This document shows positions 59,501 to 64,000 of a DNA stretch of 64,000 bases, piece by piece. Each line of letters opens with the position of its first letter. Position 1 is the first letter of the stretch. The translations under genes were made by a program, and so were the position numbers. Below the pieces are notes generated by a model, which saw only the letters and a program-made list of their open reading frames with translations, was not told the DNA's origin and made no database searches. This DNA comes from an uncultured delta proteobacterium (GTDB lineage: Bacteria > Desulfobacterota > WTBG01 > CAIYCZ01): positions 649-64,648 of the forward strand of contig CAWDOY010000017.1 in NCBI GenBank assembly GCA_963803975.1, given 5' to 3'.

Positions 59501-59529
59501 TGTCAAATAGAATGGAGAAAGAAACGAAC

Positions 59530-60798
59530 ATGAAGGTTGAAATTGAACAGGTAAGTCCGATTCGCAGAAAAATGTCTGTTGCACTCCCCCCGGAACTGGT
59601 GGATCAAGAAGTTGACAAAGCATATCTTAATCTGCAGAAACAGGTTAAGATCAAGGGCTTTCGTCCCGGCAAAGCACCCCTGCCCCTGCTGCAAAGGTAT
59701 TTTAAAGCACAGGTTGAGGAAGATGTTATTTCAGCCCTGGTGCAGGATTCCTACCCCCGGGCTTTGGATGAAACAAAGATGGTACCCGTTTCCCAGCCTA
59801 TAATAGAAAAGGGCGTTCTGGAAAAGGGAACAGCATTCAGCTACACTGCCAGTTTTGAGATAAAGCCTGAGTTTGATGTCCAGGGCTACCAGGGGCTGCA
59901 GCTTGAAAAAGAGAAGCTGTCGGTAACAGAGCCTGACATTGAGCAGCAGCTTAAAAATCTGCAGGACAATCATGCCACCCTGAAGACCGTTGCGGGCCGG
60001 GCAGCCCGGGCCGGGGATTGTGTTGTCATTGATTATGAGGGAACCATTGAAGAAAAGCCTTTTGCCGGCAGCTCCACAAAAGATCATCTGATGGAAATTG
60101 CGCCTGAATCATTTTTACCTGGATTCTCAGAGCAGCTGACCGGAATGAAGTCCGGTGAGGAGAAAGCCTTTTCTCTTGAGGTACCTGAAAAATATGCCCG
60201 GGAAGACCTGGCTGGCAAAACCGTGGAATTTAAGGTACACTTAAAGGAAATCAAGGAGAAAATTCTTCCGTCACTGGATGACGAATTCGCCCGTGACCTG
60301 GGAGCGTATGCAGACCTTGCAGATTTAAAGGAAAAAATTCGCGCGTCCCTTACCACGCACCGGCAGCAGCAGATCGAGGCCAGCCTCAGGGAAAAAATTG
60401 CCGGCACCCTGATAGAGAAAAATTCTCTTGAGGTTCCTCCCGCACTGCTTGAGCAGCAGATCAAGAGCATGATAATCAATATGCAGCAGCGGCTTTACAC
60501 GCAGGGAGTAAATATTGAAAATCTTCCTTACTCGATAGAAAAGCTGTCCGACATATATAAGGAGCCTGCTGAAAAACAGGTGCGCGCCTCACTGCTCCTT
60601 GAAGCAATTGCTAAAAAAGAAAATCTGACAATAGCTGCAGAGGATCTTGAGAAACGCTATCAGGAGATTGCTCAGACCCTTGCCCAGGATGTAGCGGCGG
60701 TGAAGAAATCAATTGAACCGGAGCTTATAAAAGCCCAGTTGCAGGAAGAGAAAGCAATCGATTTTATTATTGCACATGCCACTGTCACTGAAATATAA
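59530..60798 (+). CDS. tig: trigger factor
   Basis: MKVEIEQVSPIRRK... GFRPGKAP motif; start at ATG 59530 with GGAGAAAG RBS (ORF-track 5' extension overlaps tRNA); followed by clpP-clpX-lon. Confidence 0.9.
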   Translation: MKVEIEQVSPIRRKMSVALPPELVDQEVDKAYLNLQKQVKIKGFRPGKAPLPLLQRYFKAQVEEDVISALVQDSYPRALDETKMVPVSQPIIEKGVLEKGTAFSYTASFEIKPEFDVQGYQGLQLEKEKLSVTEPDIEQQLKNLQDNHATLKTVAGRAARAGDCVVIDYEGTIEEKPFAGSSTKDHLMEIAPESFLPGFSEQLTGMKSGEEKAFSLEVPEKYAREDLAGKTVEFKVHLKEIKEKILPSLDDEFARDLGAYADLADLKEKIRASLTTHRQQQIEASLREKIAGTLIEKNSLEVPPALLEQQIKSMIINMQQRLYTQGVNIENLPYSIEKLSDIYKEPAEKQVRASLLLEAIAKKENLTIAAEDLEKRYQEIAQTLAQDVAAVKKSIEPELIKAQLQEEKAIDFIIAHATVTEI

Positions 60799-60828
60799 TC
60801 AATCGATCCCGAAAAGAACCTCTTTATC

Positions 60829-61476
60829 ATGAGCGAGCGGCCGACTATGAAATCAAGTCCAGTAATGCAGCTGATACCCTTTGTGGTTGAACAGACCAAT
60901 CGAGGCGAGCGTGCCTATGATATTTATTCCCGGCTCCTGAAAGACCGGATAATTTTTCTTGGCGGGGCGGTGGATGATAACCTTGCCAACATTGTAATAG
61001 CCCAGATGCTGTTTCTTGAGTCTGAGGATCCGGGAAAGGATATCAATATCTATATCAATTCCCCCGGCGGGCTCGTTACCGCGGGACTTGCCATTTATGA
61101 CACCATGCAGTATATAAAGTGTCCGGTTTCGACGCTCTGTTTTGGACAGGCAGCCAGCATGGCGGCAGTGCTGCTGGCAGCGGGCGAAGCGGAAAAGCGT
61201 TTTGCTCTGCCGCACTCGCGCATACTCCTGCATCAGCCCATGGGAGGATTTCAGGGGCAGGCAACTGATATTGACATTCATGCGCGGGAAATTCTGCGGA
61301 TGCGGGAAGAGCTCGACCAGATTCTGGTAAAACATACCGGACAGCCGGTGGAGAAAGTTCACCGGGATACGGAACGGGATTACTTCCTGGATGGAGAACA
61401 GGCCCGGGAATATGGTATAATAGATAAAGTGATAGCCAAGAGAGATATACCAAAGATTAAGGAGAGCGGAGGCTGA
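60829..61476 (+). CDS. clpP: ATP-dependent Clp protease proteolytic subunit
   Basis: [15 protein letters not shown], catalytic Ser in GQAASMAA, His/Asp present. Confidence 0.95.
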   Translation: MSERPTMKSSPVMQLIPFVVEQTNRGERAYDIYSRLLKDRIIFLGGAVDDNLANIVIAQMLFLESEDPGKDINIYINSPGGLVTAGLAIYDTMQYIKCPVSTLCFGQAASMAAVLLAAGEAEKRFALPHSRILLHQPMGGFQGQATDIDIHAREILRMREELDQILVKHTGQPVEKVHRDTERDYFLDGEQAREYGIIDKVIAKRDIPKIKESGG

Positions 61477-61478
61477 TT

Positions 61479-62729
61479 ATGGCGAACAAAAAGGGACCGG
61501 GTAAATATAGCCAGCTTTTTTGTTCATTCTGCGGTAAAAACCAGGAAGAAGTAAAAAAGCTCATTGCCGGGCCGTCGGTATATATCTGTGACGAATGCAT
61601 AGAGCTGTGTAATGACATTATTGGCGAGGAAGAGGAGCGGGAGGCACTTGCCAGGAAAAAGTCCACCATTCCCAAGCCCCAGGAAATTAAACTTTTTTTA
61701 GATGACTACGTTATCGCCCAGGATCGGGCAAAAAAAATCCTCTCGGTTGCGGTCAACAACCACTACAAGCGGATCGAATGGCAGAAGGGCAGTGATGAGG
61801 TTGAACTGCAGAAAAGCAATATTCTCATCATCGGGCCCACCGGTACCGGCAAGACCCTGCTCGCACAGACTCTGGCCCGGGTCTTGAACGTGCCCTTTAC
61901 CATTGCCGATGCCACCTCCTACACTGAAGCCGGCTATGTGGGTGAAGACGTGGAAAACATCATCCTCAGCCTGCTTCAGGCAGCAGACTATAACATTGAG
62001 CGGGCCTCCCGCGGGATCGTATATATAGATGAGGTTGATAAGATTTCCCGCAAATCTGACACCCCGTCCATCACCCGGGATGTTTCCGGCGAAGGGGTGC
62101 AGCAGGCCCTGCTTAAAATTATTGAGGGCACCATCGCCAATGTGCCGCCCAAAGGCGGGCGCAAGCACCCGCAGCAGGATTTTCTCCAGGTGGATACCTC
62201 AAATATCCTGTTCATCTGCGGCGGAGCATTTAACGGGCTGGAAACCATTATCGAGCAGCGCATCGGTAAAAAGACCGTGGGCTTCGGCGCTGACATAAAG
62301 CACCGTGAAGAAAAAAATATAGGTGAAATCCTTTCCCAGGTGCAGCCCGAAGATCTCACCCGGTACGGTCTCATCCCTGAATTTGTCGGCAGGCTGCCGG
62401 TCATTGCAACCCTTGAGGATCTCAACGATAAAGCGCTGGTCGATATTCTCACCAAGCCGAAAAACGCGCTGGTGAAGCAGTATGAAAAGCTCTTTGAGTT
62501 TGAAAATGTAAAACTGCGTTTCAGCCAGGAGGCCCTTGGCGCCATCGCGCGCAAGGCGACAAAACGAAAATCCGGCGCCCGCGGCTTGCGGGCAATAATT
62601 GAAGAGATCATGCTTGATATTATGTATGATCTCCCCTCCGACAGCACCGTCGAAGAATGTCTGGTCAATGAAGAGGTCATCCTGAAGCGGGAACGGCCGC
62701 TGCTGGTCTATGGAAAAAAATCTGCATGA
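61479..62729 (+). CDS. clpX: ATP-dependent Clp protease ATP-binding subunit ClpX
   Basis: N-terminal Zn-finger [14 protein letters not shown], Walker [13 protein letters not shown] pore loop. Confidence 0.95.
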   Translation: MANKKGPGKYSQLFCSFCGKNQEEVKKLIAGPSVYICDECIELCNDIIGEEEEREALARKKSTIPKPQEIKLFLDDYVIAQDRAKKILSVAVNNHYKRIEWQKGSDEVELQKSNILIIGPTGTGKTLLAQTLARVLNVPFTIADATSYTEAGYVGEDVENIILSLLQAADYNIERASRGIVYIDEVDKISRKSDTPSITRDVSGEGVQQALLKIIEGTIANVPPKGGRKHPQQDFLQVDTSNILFICGGAFNGLETIIEQRIGKKTVGFGADIKHREEKNIGEILSQVQPEDLTRYGLIPEFVGRLPVIATLEDLNDKALVDILTKPKNALVKQYEKLFEFENVKLRFSQEALGAIARKATKRKSGARGLRAIIEEIMLDIMYDLPSDSTVEECLVNEEVILKRERPLLVYGKKSA

Positions 62730-62750
62730 GCATGACAGGAAGGCACTATC

Positions 62751-64000
62751 GTGATTTTTAAATCAACTAAGGACAATGGTATAAAAACTAACACGCCGGA
62801 GGCGGTCTATCCCATGATGCCGCTGCGCGATATCGTGGTCTTCCCGCACATGGTGGTTCCGCTGTTCGTCGGGCGGCGCAAATCTATCAGCGCCCTGGAA
62901 GAAGCGCTCCGGAAAGATAAAAATATTTTCCTTTCCGCCCAGCGGGATGCCAAGATTGATAATCCCACTGAAGAGGATATTCACACCCTCGGCACGCTCA
63001 GCACCATCATCCAGCTGCTGCGTCTTCCGGATGGCAGTGTCAAGGTGCTGGTAGAAGGAAAGCAGCGCTATCGCATCAAGGGCTTTGTGCCGCATCGTGA
63101 ACATTTTGCCGTACTGGCTGAGGCCGTTGAAGAAGAATACGAAACCAGCCCCGAGACCAAGGCCCTGACGCGCAGCATCGTTTCAACCCTTGATGAGTAT
63201 GTAAAGCTCAATAAGCGTATCCCCCCGGAAATGCTCACCACCATTTCCGGAGTTGATAACCCGGGCCGCATCGCTGACCTGCTGGCCCCGCACCTCAATC
63301 TCAAAATAGAGGAAAAGCAGAAGCTGCTGGAGACGCTGGATATCAATCAGCGCCTGGAAAGCATCTACTCCCTGATGGAGTCAGAGATTGAAATTCTGCA
63401 GATCGAGCGCCGGATCAAGAACCGGGTTAAGAAGCAGATGGAGAAGACCCAGAAGGATTACTACTTAAACGAGCAGATGCGCGCCATTCAAAAGGAGATG
63501 GGGGAAAAAGACGATCTCATGAGCGAAATCATGGAGCTTGAGGAGAAGGTAAAAGCTAAAAAGCTCTCTGAAGAGGCGCTCGGCAAGGTCAAAAAAGAGA
63601 TTAAAAAGCTGAAGATGATGCCCCCCATGTCTGCTGAAGTGACCGTGGTGCGCAATTACATTGACTGGATACTGTGCCTGCCCTGGGGTGAGAAGACCGA
63701 TATTAAGATGGACCTGAACGAGTCAGAAAGAATTCTTGAAGAAGATCATTACGGCCTCAAGGAACCCAAAGAGCGGATTCTGGAATACCTTGCAGTGCAG
63801 GGCCTGGTTAATAAGATTAAGGGGCCCATACTCTGTTTTGTCGGGCCGCCGGGGGTGGGAAAAACGTCCCTTGCCAAGTCCATTGCCCGGGCGACGGGGA
63901 GAAAGTTTGTGCGCCTGTCGCTGGGAGGCGTGCGGGATGAGGCTGAAATTCGCGGTCACCGCCGGACCTATGTCGGAGCCCTTCCCGGGAGAATCCTCCA
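62751..64000 (+). CDS. lon: Lon protease (N-terminal part; continues past window end)
   Basis: GTG start with AGGAAGG RBS; LON N-domain [21 protein letters not shown]; Walker [10 protein letters not shown] near window end. Confidence 0.9.
   Translation, partial: MIFKSTKDNGIKTNTPEAVYPMMPLRDIVVFPHMVVPLFVGRRKSISALEEALRKDKNIFLSAQRDAKIDNPTEEDIHTLGTLSTIIQLLRLPDGSVKVLVEGKQRYRIKGFVPHREHFAVLAEAVEEEYETSPETKALTRSIVSTLDEYVKLNKRIPPEMLTTISGVDNPGRIADLLAPHLNLKIEEKQKLLETLDINQRLESIYSLMESEIEILQIERRIKNRVKKQMEKTQKDYYLNEQMRAIQKEMGEKDDLMSEIMELEEKVKAKKLSEEALGKVKKEIKKLKMMPPMSAEVTVVRNYIDWILCLPWGEKTDIKMDLNESERILEEDHYGLKEPKERILEYLAVQGLVNKIKGPILCFVGPPGVGKTSLAKSIARATGRKFVRLSLGGVRDEAEIRGHRRTYVGALPGRIL

Noticed and set aside
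59500-59529. 5' extension of the trigger-factor ORF (MSNRMEKETN...) given by the ORF track
   Set aside because: It overlaps the 3' end of tRNA-Leu; ATG 59530 with a GGAGAAAG Shine-Dalgarno gives the canonical MKVEIEQ... trigger-factor N-terminus.
1-64000. CRISPR arrays, IS elements/transposases, integrases, rRNA genes
   Set aside because: No regularly spaced direct repeats, no transposase/integrase-like ORFs and no rRNA-like sequence were seen on either strand.

Overview
This 64 kb window of ~55% GC chromosomal DNA looks like a Desulfobacterota/deltaproteobacterium; the taxon is an inference from gene content, not something read off the sequence.

**Left third (1-19 kb): mostly plus-strand small metabolic and envelope genes.**
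- a partial secreted protein, an FAD oxidoreductase, DedA, a DUF3795 Cys-rich protein, a gamma-carbonic-anhydrase-like protein, an NTF2-like protein and a flavoprotein
- on the minus strand, an HD-domain phosphohydrolase and an adenosine-specific-kinase-like gene
- feoB followed by a DtxR-family regulator
- a HAMP-GGDEF sensor, an outer-membrane beta-barrel protein, an LhgO-like oxidase, a PHB-depolymerase-type esterase and a short spermidine-synthase-like protein

**Middle (19-23.8 kb): an accessory-looking, eroded stretch.**
- an intact vapBC pair and an intact higA preceded by a truncated higB remnant
- a four-domain S1 RNA-binding protein whose 3' end runs into the higB remnant
- a repeat-containing lipoprotein broken by two frameshifts
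- AT-rich non-coding DNA, then a minus-strand tRNA cluster Arg(TCT)-His(GTG)-Arg(TCG)
- the 3'-terminal 28 nt of the tRNA-Arg(TCG) repeated 320 bp downstream, which looks like an integration footprint

**Central block (23.8-48.2 kb): a minus-strand surface-glycan locus of the ABC-transporter-dependent type.**
- four GT4 and two GT2 glycosyltransferases, an AsnB-like amidotransferase and two SAM methyltransferases
- a KpsS/KpsC-like protein and an unusual ~895-aa fusion of an F420-hydrogenase-beta-like Fe-S/flavin domain with a polysaccharide pyruvyl transferase
- Wzm/Wzt, three GT-C-fold membrane glycosyltransferases (two ArnT/GT83-like, one YfhO-like) and a Wzy_C-family gene

**The module I consider most interesting (46.9-54.5 kb).**
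- a sigma54-dependent response regulator plus a PilS-like sensor kinase
- a TMTC-like GT-C/TPR membrane protein
- a type IVa pilin gene with a well-spaced sigma54 -24/-12 promoter, a C-terminal serine and its own terminator
- the Wzy_C-family gene sitting directly downstream in the position TfpO/PilO occupies in known pilin O-glycosylation systems
- on that basis I propose a sigma54-controlled pilin glycosylation system, possibly using more than one GT-C enzyme

**Right end (54.5-64 kb): housekeeping.** pyrR-pyrB-pyrC with a strong leader terminator, a frameshifted DUF362/LarA_N-like gene, tRNA-Leu(TAG), and tig-clpP-clpX-lon.

**Caveat.** At least six conserved genes carry apparent single-nucleotide frameshifts, two of them at homopolymers. 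This may be assembly indel error rather than true pseudogenisation.
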